From Calditrichota bacterium (GTDB lineage: Bacteria; Electryoneota; AABM5-125-24; Hatepunaeales; Hatepunaeaceae), in contig JABGPL010000002.1 in assembly GCA_018644935.1 (NCBI GenBank), positions 20,139 to 84,138 on the forward strand: a DNA stretch of 64,000 nt, read 5' to 3'. Shown here in pieces: positions 28,080 through 38,299 of this stretch. Each line of letters starts with the position of its first letter. Within the stretch, counting starts at the first letter, position 1. The translations under genes were made by a program, and so were the position numbers. Below the pieces are notes generated by a model. That model was not told the DNA's origin and ran no database searches. It saw only the letters and a program-made list of their open reading frames with translations.

Positions 28080-30734
28080 GTGCTCCGAATTTTCCAATAT
28101 TACATGCTCGCAGTGTTGATCTTGTTTTTCACTCTGCCCGAGAAGCTTAATGCACAGCCGGAATCAACCGAAGCTCAGCCATCGGAAGATATTCTGAAGC
28201 TGGTTCCCCCTCCGGTAACATCTGAGCAGGACTCCCTCGATTTTTTAATCCTCCGTCCCGATCTTCTCAAACCTGAAGCGGTCATTGACACTACCGAGTC
28301 CGAAGCTGATCTCGACACTATCATAACCTACTCAGCTGAAAAAGTTGTTTTCACTTTTAATCCCAGAGCGACTAAACTAACCGGCGATGCCAAGGTCGCA
28401 TATCGCGAAATGGCACTTGATGCAGGCAGCATTGATATTGACTGGAGTAATAACATGCTCCATGCCCGAGGATTGCTCGACACTATACAGATTGACAGCT
28501 CACTTGGTGGAGGGGATTCTATTATATGGATAGGACAACCTGAACTCGATGATGGACAACAGATTGTTAATGGCAGTAGCTTAACATATAACCTGAAGAG
28601 TAAGAGGGGACAGGTTATCGATGGGGATACAGAATTTCAGGATGGATTCTATCACGGTAAGAAGATAAAGCGGATCGACGCCGACACATACAATATTCGT
28701 AATGGATATTACACAACATGTGACGCAGAGAAACCTCATTACCATTTCTGGGCGAGGGATATGAAAATGGTGATAAAGGATAAAATTGTCGCCCGGCCAA
28801 TATCTCTATTTTTTGGACCAACGCCAGTTTTGATTTTCCCGTTCGCCGTATTTTCCACTCGAGGTGGACGACAGTCCGGGATAATAATGCCTACCTATGG
28901 AGAGGGTGGTGGGAGCGGGAGATACTTTAAAAATCTTGGGTATTACTGGGCACCAAACGACTATTATGATGTAAAGGGGCGTCTGGATTTTTATGAAAAG
29001 TTTGGAATCTTGTTTAAAGCGGATGCTAACTATGCAAAACGTTATGTTCTCACCGGTGGCATTTCCGGCTCCTTAATAAACCAACAGAGGGATAACAAAG
29101 TTGATAGGCGGTGGGACGTTAAATTTGATCATAATCACACCATAACTCCGACGATGAAGTTGATTGCAAAAGGTAACTTTGTGTCTGATGGATCATATGT
29201 AAAGGATGTTTCACAGGATCCAAATGAAAGAATGAAGCAGACTATGCACTCTAATATAACCTTGAGCGAAAGCTGGGCGGGAACACCATACAGTGCATCC
29301 ATCAACCTGAATTACACAAAAGAACTGAACACGGGGGTCGTAACGCAATCCCTGCCACGGGTAACCTTTGGACGAAGACGATCTACTTTTATACCTCTTC
29401 CCAAAGGAGGCAGCACAGATGATGCAAAATGGTACAACAAGTTCTATTACAGTTATTCCGGAAATACGGAACTTAGAAAGAACACTAATGCTGATGGTAT
29501 TTCCCGACAGAGAGGCGGGATTAAACATAGCTTTGCGTTTTCATCCACACCGGATCCGTTGTTTCATATCGCGTTTACTCCCGGAGCATCATATAAAGAA
29601 GTGTGGTATGATGAGTGGAATGAGTATTTTAAGGGAACTGATGGGGTGGTTGATACAGTTAAACATGAGGATCTCCCTGATGGATTTGCTGCATTAAGGA
29701 CATTTGATGCCTCACTGAGGATGAGTACAAAACTATATGGTCTGTTTAAGCCCAACTTGTTCTCGATTAAAGCTATTCGTCATACTCTGAGCCCAGGGCT
29801 TACAATGACCTACAATCCAGACTTTTCAGATCCGAAGTGGGGATACTATGATGTTTTTACAGATAGTACAGGTACAGAAACGAAATATAACAGGTTTGCA
29901 GGGGGAATCTATGGGGGTGCTCCAAGTTCTGAAAGAAGAACTCTTAGTATATCACTGGGAAACTTGTTTGAGTATAAATCTGTAAAAGGCGAAAAAGAAA
30001 CCAAAGGTCAGCTCTTTAATCTTACCACGAATACCTCGTATAACTTTGCAGCGGATTCTCTTGGGTGGTCGGATATTAGCAGCGGTGTTACGATTCCAAC
30101 ACTTGGAGGGGGTAAAACGGGATCAGGATATCTTGAGGAATTTTCAGGGTTTACGCTCCGTTTCGATGCAAAGCATAGCTTCTATGATCTTGAAACAAAT
30201 CCTTTGGACGGGGAAAAAATAGAGGTGAACAGGTTTGCTGATAACGGGTTGCGGCTTCTGAATTTTGCGCTTACAAGTTCTTTCAGTTTGTCTGCAAGTG
30301 GATCTTCATCAACGATTGATACTTCTGAAGCACCCATGTCAGAATCAATTAATGTTGAAAAAGATAGGTTCGATAGAGAAGAGTGGAAACCAAGTCCCGT
30401 TCCCTGGAAAACCAGTTTCTCCTTTCGGTATGCCGTGGGAAGGGAGGACCCGGACAATATAACCAAAACAATTTGGGCAAATATGAAGCTTGAACTTCAA
30501 GCGACAGAAAACTGGAAGGTTTCGTATAATGCCCGATTTGATTTTCACAATCACAGGGTCGTCTCAGGTGCAATTTCACTCTACCGGGATCTCCATTGCT
30601 GGGAAGGACAATTGACCTGGAACCCGGTTGGGGTTGGGAGTGGTTTCTTTCTGAAAATAAATGTAAAATCACCATATCTTCAGGATTTAAAGGTCGAGAA
30701 AAAAGAACGTGGCGGAAGTATCATCGGAGGTTAA
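28080..30734 (+). CDS. lptD: LPS-assembly outer-membrane protein LptD (OstA)-like
   Basis: Signal peptide. N-terminal OstA-like beta-jellyroll (AEKVVFTFNPRATKLTGDAKVAYREMALDAGSIDIDWSNNMLHARG). YTTCDAEKPHYHFWARDMKMVIKDKIVARPISLFFGPTPVLIFPFAVF matches the LptD barrel-entry consensus. 884 aa. Confidence 0.6.
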   Translation: MLRIFQYYMLAVLILFFTLPEKLNAQPESTEAQPSEDILKLVPPPVTSEQDSLDFLILRPDLLKPEAVIDTTESEADLDTIITYSAEKVVFTFNPRATKLTGDAKVAYREMALDAGSIDIDWSNNMLHARGLLDTIQIDSSLGGGDSIIWIGQPELDDGQQIVNGSSLTYNLKSKRGQVIDGDTEFQDGFYHGKKIKRIDADTYNIRNGYYTTCDAEKPHYHFWARDMKMVIKDKIVARPISLFFGPTPVLIFPFAVFSTRGGRQSGIIMPTYGEGGGSGRYFKNLGYYWAPNDYYDVKGRLDFYEKFGILFKADANYAKRYVLTGGISGSLINQQRDNKVDRRWDVKFDHNHTITPTMKLIAKGNFVSDGSYVKDVSQDPNERMKQTMHSNITLSESWAGTPYSASINLNYTKELNTGVVTQSLPRVTFGRRRSTFIPLPKGGSTDDAKWYNKFYYSYSGNTELRKNTNADGISRQRGGIKHSFAFSSTPDPLFHIAFTPGASYKEVWYDEWNEYFKGTDGVVDTVKHEDLPDGFAALRTFDASLRMSTKLYGLFKPNLFSIKAIRHTLSPGLTMTYNPDFSDPKWGYYDVFTDSTGTETKYNRFAGGIYGGAPSSERRTLSISLGNLFEYKSVKGEKETKGQLFNLTTNTSYNFAADSLGWSDISSGVTIPTLGGGKTGSGYLEEFSGFTLRFDAKHSFYDLETNPLDGEKIEVNRFADNGLRLLNFALTSSFSLSASGSSSTIDTSEAPMSESINVEKDRFDREEWKPSPVPWKTSFSFRYAVGREDPDNITKTIWANMKLELQATENWKVSYNARFDFHNHRVVSGAISLYRDLHCWEGQLTWNPVGVGSGFFLKINVKSPYLQDLKVEKKERGGSIIGG

Positions 30735-30844
30735 TTAGGAAAACTGATAGATAATTTACCGACAGCAATGCACGACTGCAATCGCATCAGCCGTGGTTTC
30801 GCACAAAAACACTTGATTGGAGAAGAAAAAATGGTTATATTATC

Positions 30845-31840
30845 TTGATTATGCCTAATTTGAAATCAACAACAAAGCTCAGCACAATGTTCTGCTTTAT
30901 TGTCGTTGGATTTCTGTGGATTACATTCCCGGTATTTGCAGGTGGACTTGCAAAGTACGGTGGGGAATTCATGGCGACTGGCGGTGGAGCAAGACCTCTC
31001 GGCATGGGAGGCGCATATACTGCCCTGAGCGAAGATGCCTACGCAATTTTCTGGAATCCCGCAGGTTTGAACTCCATTCGTCATCCTCAGCTTGGATTGA
31101 TGCATAGCGAGCGATTTGCAGGTGAAGTAGATTATGATGTCGCAGGAATAGCTCTGCCGCAACCGGATAATTCCGTTATTGGTTTTGGTATTATACGGTT
31201 AGGAGTAAACAATATTCCCTTTACCCGCCTGGAGAATCCTGGTGAGCCAATCTCTGAAGACAACCGAGTCGAAGTCGACAAAATTGTAACGGAGGGTGAA
31301 TATGCATTTTATGCTGCTAAGTCAGGGCAATTCCGGAACTGGTCGTGGGGTGTAGCTCCGAAACTGGTCTTCAAACACATCGGATCTGAGCAGCAGGCTT
31401 ATGGTCTTGGATTTGATGCTGGAATACTTGGACGACCAATAGAGAAACTGCCGATTACCGCCGGATTGGCGGTGAGGGATGTTTTGGGTACTGTTATTGC
31501 TTGGGATACCGGGCATACGGAAGTTATAGTTTCGACTATCAGGTTTGGCATTGCAGCAAAAATAAATCTACCAGCACTCGAAGCGAAGATAATCCCTGTT
31601 GCAGACGTAGATTATCGACTCGAGGCAATAGGTGAATCCAACGCATTTGCCAGCCATATAGGGCTTGAATACCTGATTCGGGATTCAATTGGTCTACGCA
31701 TTGGCAGTGATGATGGAGAACTTACTTTTGGTGGTGGTTTGAACTTGAATCCGCTATCTATAGATTATGCATTTATCGATCATGATGCGTTGGGTGAAAC
31801 CCACAGGGTATCAATTACCGCACATTGGAACCGGCATTAA
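30845..31840 (+). CDS. FadL/PorV-like outer-membrane beta-barrel protein (paralog 4)
   Basis: Signal peptide, then GGARPLGMGGAYTALSEDAYAIFWNPAGL. Immediately downstream of the LptD-like gene. Confidence 0.55.
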   Translation: MIMPNLKSTTKLSTMFCFIVVGFLWITFPVFAGGLAKYGGEFMATGGGARPLGMGGAYTALSEDAYAIFWNPAGLNSIRHPQLGLMHSERFAGEVDYDVAGIALPQPDNSVIGFGIIRLGVNNIPFTRLENPGEPISEDNRVEVDKIVTEGEYAFYAAKSGQFRNWSWGVAPKLVFKHIGSEQQAYGLGFDAGILGRPIEKLPITAGLAVRDVLGTVIAWDTGHTEVIVSTIRFGIAAKINLPALEAKIIPVADVDYRLEAIGESNAFASHIGLEYLIRDSIGLRIGSDDGELTFGGGLNLNPLSIDYAFIDHDALGETHRVSITAHWNRH

Positions 31841-32005
31841 CGATCACCATCTGGTTGCGGTATTATTGTTGAGTGTGCAGTCAAGGGTCCTGACTTGACA
31901 GAAATAAAACAACACAAGTGTCAGGCAGGGATAACTGACATCACGATTTGGTTATTCTCCGACATATTGGTTTGCGGAATAGACAAAACGGAGTAATCAA
32001 CTGCA

Positions 32006-32929
32006 GTGTTCTTTCTGCAACATCAGGCAGAATCTGCTTATGGAGTATATATGCCACGCAGTATGACTGGGTTTGGTTCAGGCAAAATCGACCGTGAAGG
32101 CAGATGTATAACTGTCGAGCTACGCAGCGTAAATAATCGTTTCCTCGAACTGAGCTTTAGACTTCCCCGTTCGCTGTATTCGCTCGAAAGTGAATTAAGG
32201 GATACACTCAGGTCACGTTTGCAACGCGGGAGAGTATCGGTCAGCGTTTCTGAAGAACGCAATCCGAATCACGTCCCCTCGATCCGAATAGATCGAGGTC
32301 GAGCAAAGAGCTACGCTGAAGCGTTGAGGGGAATGCAGTCTGATCTGGGGATTGGTGGGGATATCCAACTGGATCATCTGTTAAGTATCGGTGATTTGCT
32401 GAGCACTGAAGAGACTGATGATGACCGGCAGCAATTATGCGATATGACCCGTGAAGCACTTAGTATCGCTATTGATGAACTGGTTGAAGTCAGTTCAATT
32501 GAAGGGAAAAATCTCGGGTCCGATTTGCGGAGTCGCATGGACCAATTTCTGGCAGAAAAAGAAATTATCGTCAAACATATTGACGGTATGATAAACCAGT
32601 ATCGTGATCGATTAACCCAGCGGTTGGAAGAAGTTTTAACCGACAATCGGATTGATCCAACAAGACTTGAAACAGAGATTGCCATTGTAGCAGACAAACT
32701 TGATATATCAGAGGAAATAGTCCGACTTGACAGTCATATAAGTTTGTTTAGTGAAACCCTCTCTAAAGAAAATGTTGTCGGTAAGAAGCTTGGATTCATT
32801 TTGCAGGAAATGGGGCGAGAGACCAATACAATTTCATCCAAAAGCTGGTTGGTTGAAGTGTCACAAACAGCCATTCGTATGAAAGAGATTCTTGAACAAG
32901 TTCGAGAGCAGGTGCAGAATCTTGAATAA
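32006..32929 (+). CDS. yicC: YicC-family stress-induced protein
   Basis: MTGFGSGKIDREGRCITVELRSVNNRFLELSFRLPRSL and the C-terminal YicC domain. The true start is likely MPRSMTGFG. Confidence 0.8.
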   Translation: MFFLQHQAESAYGVYMPRSMTGFGSGKIDREGRCITVELRSVNNRFLELSFRLPRSLYSLESELRDTLRSRLQRGRVSVSVSEERNPNHVPSIRIDRGRAKSYAEALRGMQSDLGIGGDIQLDHLLSIGDLLSTEETDDDRQQLCDMTREALSIAIDELVEVSSIEGKNLGSDLRSRMDQFLAEKEIIVKHIDGMINQYRDRLTQRLEEVLTDNRIDPTRLETEIAIVADKLDISEEIVRLDSHISLFSETLSKENVVGKKLGFILQEMGRETNTISSKSWLVEVSQTAIRMKEILEQVREQVQNLE

Positions 32930-33506
32930 TCGCGGACAACTATTCGTGTTGTCGGGATCTTCCGGTGGTGGAAAAACCACAATCATTCATGAAGTTTTGA
33001 GTATTCGCAAAGATTTTGTTTTCAGCGTATCTTCAACTACCAGAGAACCGCGAGAACACGAAAAGGAAGGCGTCGATTACCACTTTCTGAAACGTGACGA
33101 ATTCTTAAAGCGCAGAGATGCCGGAGAGTTTATTGAATGGGCAGAAGTTCATAAACATCTTTACGGAACTGAGCATCGACAGATTGATAAAATGCTTGAA
33201 CTGGGGCAAAACGTAATTCTGGATCTCGATGTTTATGGTGCGAGCTCTATACACGATCTGTTCCCGAATGCAGTTCTGATTTTCATCTTTCCACCTTCAG
33301 TAGAAGAGCTGCGAAGAAGATTAGAAAATCGAGGCACTAACACACCAGAGCAGATTGAACTAAGATTATCTCGATATCCATTTGAGAGAGCAAGAGGGGA
33401 AGCCTATCCTTACCACGTATTGAATGACAACCTAATGGATACAGTTGACTCGGTTCTTGAAATAATTGAGGATGTAATCTCTTTCAGGGCCAAACGGTCC
33501 ATCTAA
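32892..33506 (+). CDS. gmk: Guanylate kinase
   Basis: VLSGSSGGGKTT P-loop, STTREPREHEKEGVDYHF. The start is probably TTG at ~32922, overlapping the yicC stop. Confidence 0.85.
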   Translation: MNKFESRCRILNNRGQLFVLSGSSGGGKTTIIHEVLSIRKDFVFSVSSTTREPREHEKEGVDYHFLKRDEFLKRRDAGEFIEWAEVHKHLYGTEHRQIDKMLELGQNVILDLDVYGASSIHDLFPNAVLIFIFPPSVEELRRRLENRGTNTPEQIELRLSRYPFERARGEAYPYHVLNDNLMDTVDSVLEIIEDVISFRAKRSI

Positions 33507-33611
33507 GGCTGATTATTTCTTGAGTGGATGACATTTCGGTGTGTGAATGTTTGTCATATAGATTGAATATCTCAGTTATAGCCTCCTGGGATTAAGAACA
33601 AACAAAACATG

Positions 33612-33666
33612 ACAATACGTAACAATACGTAACAATACGTTACAATACGTAACAATACGTAACAAA
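33612..33666. repeat. Perfect tandem repeat of the 10-mer ACAATACGTA (about 5.5 copies, one T variant)
   Basis: Read directly from the sequence. It lies in the gmk-rpoZ intergenic region, ~30 bp upstream of the rpoZ-like start. Confidence 0.85.
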
Positions 33667-33693
33667 TAGAAACCAAGAGGGAAAAATAAAGTA

Positions 33694-34128
33694 ATGATTG
33701 AAAAAGTAGAAATACCCAAGCAGCCAAAGATTACAACAATTGATGGCTTGCCATTGACAGTACCCGGTGAAACAAGCATTGAGGCGGTTGATCTAATCCC
33801 AAGTTATGTTGAACCAACTCAGCCTTTAACCGAGGAAGAAGCCAGGCTTGATTGGTTGATTAATGATTTTGAAGGGATTACAGAAAATGTTTATGAAGCA
33901 ATCATGATCTCTGCAATTCGAGCACGGCAAATCGGTCGTCGTCAAAAACAGGAGATTGATGCCTATAATTCCACAATAGAAGCAACAGAAATTGTCAATC
34001 CCGATGACGAAGGTGCTGAGGAACCAGGTCTCGATCATTTTCACCACATAAAGCCAACCATAAAAGCACTCAGAGAACTGAAGGAACAAGATATCAAATT
34101 CTATTATCTTGACAACGATAAGAAATAA
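33694..34128 (+). CDS. rpoZ: RNA polymerase omega subunit-like protein with an N-terminal extension
   Basis: ENVYEAIMISAIRARQIG resembles the omega core (..YELV..AAKRARQL). The conserved gmk-rpoZ-coaBC neighbourhood supports the call. The 144-aa length and the position of the motif at residues ~85-105 are atypical. Confidence 0.45.
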   Translation: MIEKVEIPKQPKITTIDGLPLTVPGETSIEAVDLIPSYVEPTQPLTEEEARLDWLINDFEGITENVYEAIMISAIRARQIGRRQKQEIDAYNSTIEATEIVNPDDEGAEEPGLDHFHHIKPTIKALRELKEQDIKFYYLDNDKK

Positions 34129-34151
34129 TCGATTCCTGACTATTCAATCCA

Positions 34152-35354
34152 TTGAACTGTAAAAAGATAATACTAATAGTGACCGGTGGGATAGCAGTTT
34201 ATAAATCCTGTTATCTCGTTCGGGAAATCAGACGACAAGGTGGAGATGTTTGTGTGGTTATGACTGATTCAGCCTCTGAATTTGTCAGCCCTTTAACTTT
34301 TGCTACGCTTTCGGGAAATCCGGTGTTGCAGGATATGTTTCCGGAATCGCCTCCCGAAAATCCGATTCATTTGCAACCGTCTGATTGGGGTGATATTCTG
34401 GTAATTGCTCCCGCTACTGCCAATTTCATTGGTAAGTTAGCAAATGGAATTGCAGATGACCTTGCAAGTAGCGTCTGTATATCTTTTTCAGGTAAAGTTA
34501 TAGTTGCTCCGGCAATGAATCCTCGAATGTGGGATAATCCCGCCGTCAAAGATAATATCTCAATCCTGCGCAAAAGAGGTTTCGAGGTTGTAGGACCAGA
34601 ATCCGGTGAAATGGCGGGTGTGAACGAAAATGCGGGTGAAGGTAGGATGAGTGAGCCAGACAAGATTTTGAGACAGATTAGGGAAAGTTTGGCGGTTACT
34701 GACGACCTGTCTGGAAAATCAGTCGTCGTCACATCCGGACCCACTCGAGAACCAATTGACCCTGTGAGATTTGTCAGTAATAGATCAAGTGGAAAAATGG
34801 GTGATGCAATTGCAAAACAAGCCGCGTTGCGTGGGGCAAATGTAACCCTAATTCGAGGTCGGGGCGCAGAGGGTGAACCTCCTGCTGAGGTTAAAACGTT
34901 TGTTGTTGAAACTGCTGCAGAAATGAGCTCTGCTGTAAAAGAACATTTTACTTCCTGTAATTTGTTGGTAATGACGGCTGCCGTTTCTGACTGGTCAATA
35001 ACTAATCCAGCAAAAAGTAAGTTGAAGAAACATGTCGGTGAACCGGACATTCAATGGAAGCAGACCGAAGACATACTCGCCTGGGCAGGGCAAAATCGCA
35101 CTGCTCAAGCCGTAGTTGGATTTGCTCTTGAAACGAGCAATCATCTCGAAGGCGCGCAGAAAAAGCTCAAAGAAAAAAATGTCGACATGATTGTTTTAAA
35201 CGACCCGACTCAGTCACACTCATCATTCGGTGGGGATTCGACCAAACTTACATTAGTCGCAAATGACAAAGCCCCTGTTGAACTGCCTGTTTGCACAAAA
35301 AAAGAAGCCGCGAATAAATTGTTCGACAACATAAGTAGGTTTTTACAAGGATAA
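34152..35354 (+). CDS. coaBC: Bifunctional phosphopantothenoylcysteine decarboxylase / phosphopantothenate-cysteine ligase
   Basis: N-terminal flavoprotein domain KKIILIVTGGIAVYKS...PATANFIGKLANGIADDL and the C-terminal DFP/CoaB domain. Confidence 0.85.
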   Translation: MNCKKIILIVTGGIAVYKSCYLVREIRRQGGDVCVVMTDSASEFVSPLTFATLSGNPVLQDMFPESPPENPIHLQPSDWGDILVIAPATANFIGKLANGIADDLASSVCISFSGKVIVAPAMNPRMWDNPAVKDNISILRKRGFEVVGPESGEMAGVNENAGEGRMSEPDKILRQIRESLAVTDDLSGKSVVVTSGPTREPIDPVRFVSNRSSGKMGDAIAKQAALRGANVTLIRGRGAEGEPPAEVKTFVVETAAEMSSAVKEHFTSCNLLVMTAAVSDWSITNPAKSKLKKHVGEPDIQWKQTEDILAWAGQNRTAQAVVGFALETSNHLEGAQKKLKEKNVDMIVLNDPTQSHSSFGGDSTKLTLVANDKAPVELPVCTKKEAANKLFDNISRFLQG

Positions 35355-35407
35355 ATAAGATTTTATCCGTCATCTCGCATACCCTGTAATTAAAACATTT
35401 AAACCTC

Positions 35408-36094
35408 GTGAATGATTTAATCAAATACCTTCAACAATACGCAGAGGGTGAGCCGGAGATAGTTTTAGATATTCCTCTGTTTTCCAATAAAAAGCAGATA
35501 TCTGACCCAAAGGTTCTTAATCGTCTAGATGCAGTAAAGAAGGAAGCGTTGATGTGTACTCGCTGCCAGTTGGCCAAAACACGTCAAAATGTTGTGTTCG
35601 GTGATGGATCTGCGGATGCCAGACTAATGTTTATTGGGGAGGGTCCCGGAGCAGATGAAGATCGGCAGGGAATACCGTTTGTAGGTCGAGCGGGACAGCT
35701 TCTAAATAAGATCATTGCAGCGATGAAATTTCAACGTTCAGAGGTCTACATCGCAAATATTGTCAAATGCCGTCCACCCGACAATCGGGATCCGCTGCCT
35801 GAAGAAGCAGAAAGTTGTATACCGTATCTTGAACAGCAGATTCAAATCATTGACCCGGATGTCATTGTGGCACTTGGTAAGGTCGCAGCGGTCAGGTTAT
35901 TGAATTTAGATCCGGGAGTTTCCGTAAAGTCTATCCGCAACCAAATTCATAACTACAAAGACAAACCGTTTATTGTCACCTATCATCCCTCCTATTTATT
36001 GCGGACGCCTTCAGGGAAGGTGGAAGCATGGAAGGATATGCAGGTTGTGATGGGATTATTAGCTGGGAATATTGTCTGGTCTCCTGATCGATAG
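35408..36094 (+). CDS. Family-4 uracil-DNA glycosylase
   Basis: [50 protein letters not shown]...VALG. Confidence 0.8.
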   Translation: MNDLIKYLQQYAEGEPEIVLDIPLFSNKKQISDPKVLNRLDAVKKEALMCTRCQLAKTRQNVVFGDGSADARLMFIGEGPGADEDRQGIPFVGRAGQLLNKIIAAMKFQRSEVYIANIVKCRPPDNRDPLPEEAESCIPYLEQQIQIIDPDVIVALGKVAAVRLLNLDPGVSVKSIRNQIHNYKDKPFIVTYHPSYLLRTPSGKVEAWKDMQVVMGLLAGNIVWSPDR

Positions 36095-36411
36095 CACAGG
36101 CGCGGGATGAAAGAATTTTCTAACATTCATTCAACATGATTGTTTAAACTCCGGTCACAGATTGACAGCTAACTAACTTTTCATTAAGTTGAGCAAGTCA
36201 CCGATTTGTCAAAGGATAAACAGCCAGAACATCAATCTTGATTTCTGGCACTTTTATTTTATATACTAATGATCAGATACGGCAATTGATGTTGCGCAGA
36301 GTATGACATCAAGCGTTCTTATCTATCTGAAAACCAACTGCTGGAATGTCTGGCGGGGACACCTGACACCACTAACAACACATAACATACGCAAATCCCA
36401 TTGGAATTTTA

Positions 36412-37917
36412 ATGGCAGATTCAAAAAAAGAATTTAGCAACAAAAAGAAAAAGCCTGTAGACCTTCTTGGAGGAAGGGTTCCACCTCACAATCTTGAGAT
36501 GGAACGGGCTGTTTTGTGTTCTTCATTAGTGAGTCCATCCGGATTTGCAAGAGTTGTTGATTTTGTCGATGACAGCAGTTTTTACGATAATCGTCATAAG
36601 CTCATATTTGCAGCTATGGCGCGTCTTTTCAGCAGGGGAGCCGGGATAGACCTGTTGACTGTGAATGATGAGCTTGCTGCAACCGATGATTCGGAAGCTG
36701 CCGGGGGAGTGCCTTACCTTGCCGGATTGACAAACGAAGTCGCAACAGCTGCTCATGCAGAACAGTATGCAAAAACAGTTCGAGAGAAATATGGCTTGAG
36801 AAGACTAATTGCAACCGCTACTAGCATGGCAGTTGATGCTTATGAAGCTCCGGAAGCAATTGAACTCCTTGATCAATTCATGCCAAGTCTATTTGAAATA
36901 TACTCCAATCGAAGTGAGAGTGGGTATGTATCCGTCGGCGATTCAGTTACTGAAGCTATGGAGTATCTCGATAATCACCATAAGCTTGAAGGTGAACTGA
37001 CCGGAATTGGAACCGGATTCGATGAGTTGGATGAATATACATCAGGTTTTCAGGCTGGAGATTTAGTAATCATTGCTGCACGGCCATCTATGGGAAAAAC
37101 TGCATTCAGTCTTGATCTGGCACGCAATGCAGCCCAGATGTATAATAAAGGGATAGCATTTTTCTCTCTTGAGATGTCATCAATGGCAATTTCGATGAGG
37201 ATACTGGCATCAGAAGCTCGAGTTGATCTGCATAGATTAAGATCTGGCAGGCTTCAGGATCATCACTGGGCAAAATTAGCCCGTGCCTCAAGCACGCTGT
37301 CTGAGAGTAATTTTTTTATTGATGATACTGGTAACCTTGGTCTTATGGAGCTACGTGCTCGAGCGAGGCAACTAAAGCAACAGCACAACATTGATATGCT
37401 TTTCATTGATTATCTCCAATTGATGAAGCCTCCCAAAGCTGAGAGTCGTGTGCAGGAGGTTGCACAGATATCACGTGGTCTTAAGGGACTTGCAAGAGAG
37501 CTGGAAATTCCTGTAATAGCACTATCCCAGCTATCGAGAGCAGTAGAGCAACGTGGCGGTGATAAGCGACCTGTCCTTTCAGATCTGCGGGATTCCGGAT
37601 CAATTGAGCAGGACGCGGATGTCGTGATGTTTATTTACCGTGAAGCTCAGTATCAGAAAGATGCGGAAGATGATGTCGAAATTAGTAACATTGCTGAAAT
37701 ACTGATTCGGAAACAGCGTAACGGTCCCACAGGAAAGGTGGAATTGACTTTCATTCCGGAACATGCAAAATTTGAAAACAAATCAGATCGTGCCGCAATA
37801 GAAGCAGCCAGATCTTTCGCTGGTGCCTCAAATGCCGGGAGCAGTTCATCCGCCCACATTGATTCGTCTGGTATGGTTGACATTGAGGATGATCCCGACG
37901 ATGATGCTCCGTTTTAA
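36412..37917 (+). CDS. dnaB: Replicative DNA helicase
   Basis: N-terminal PPHNLEMERAVLCS, Walker A ARPSMGKTAF, RecA-like core and an acidic C-terminal tail. No intein. Confidence 0.9.
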   Translation: MADSKKEFSNKKKKPVDLLGGRVPPHNLEMERAVLCSSLVSPSGFARVVDFVDDSSFYDNRHKLIFAAMARLFSRGAGIDLLTVNDELAATDDSEAAGGVPYLAGLTNEVATAAHAEQYAKTVREKYGLRRLIATATSMAVDAYEAPEAIELLDQFMPSLFEIYSNRSESGYVSVGDSVTEAMEYLDNHHKLEGELTGIGTGFDELDEYTSGFQAGDLVIIAARPSMGKTAFSLDLARNAAQMYNKGIAFFSLEMSSMAISMRILASEARVDLHRLRSGRLQDHHWAKLARASSTLSESNFFIDDTGNLGLMELRARARQLKQQHNIDMLFIDYLQLMKPPKAESRVQEVAQISRGLKGLARELEIPVIALSQLSRAVEQRGGDKRPVLSDLRDSGSIEQDADVVMFIYREAQYQKDAEDDVEISNIAEILIRKQRNGPTGKVELTFIPEHAKFENKSDRAAIEAARSFAGASNAGSSSSAHIDSSGMVDIEDDPDDDAPF

Positions 37918-37952
37918 TTCGTAAACAGAAAAAAACAATATTAGAGTAAAAA

Positions 37953-38297
37953 ATGTTCTATTCAATAATTGCCATGGCACCTGCAGGTGGTGGCGCAGCT
38001 GGTGGTGGAGGGAGTTCATTCCTGACATTCCTCCCTATGATTCTGATCTTCGGAATCCTTTACCTGTTTCTTCTTCGCCCCCAGGCCAAAAGGCAAAAAC
38101 AACAGCAGAATATGCTCAATGCCCTGGAAAAAGGTGACAAGATTGTAACGAATGGTGGAATGCATGCTACTGTCGTTAATGTCAATGAGAAGGACAATAC
38201 GCTTCTCGTGAAAATTGCAGATAACGTCAAAGTCGAGATTGAACGAGGTGCTGTTGCACGAAAGATACCCACGGGCGGGGCTCCAATAAAGGCGTAG
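37953..38297 (+). CDS. yajC: Preprotein translocase subunit YajC
   Basis: Single TM then LLRPQAKRQKQQQNMLNALEKGDKIVTNGGMHATVVNV. Confidence 0.75.
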   Translation: MFYSIIAMAPAGGGAAGGGGSSFLTFLPMILIFGILYLFLLRPQAKRQKQQQNMLNALEKGDKIVTNGGMHATVVNVNEKDNTLLVKIADNVKVEIERGAVARKIPTGGAPIKA

Positions 38298-38299
38298 CT

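Noticed and set aside
33612-33666. Possible CRISPR array
   Set aside because: It is a 10-bp perfect tandem with no spacers, no leader and no cas genes, so it is a microsatellite-type repeat, not CRISPR.
33576-33779. 67-aa minus-strand ORF spanning the decamer array
   Set aside because: Its reading frame is created by the tandem repeat itself (repetitive LLRIVTYC peptide) and it overlaps the rpoZ start, so it is a spurious ORF.
34367-35050. 227-aa minus-strand ORF
   Set aside because: It lies entirely within the coaBC coding region on the opposite strand, and its product is a low-complexity, Ala/Ser/Pro-rich sequence.
36095-36411. 317-bp region upstream of dnaB as a possible origin (DnaA boxes)
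   Set aside because: No convincing TTATCCACA-like boxes or AT-rich unwinding element were seen by eye, and dnaA is not in the window, so nothing is claimed.
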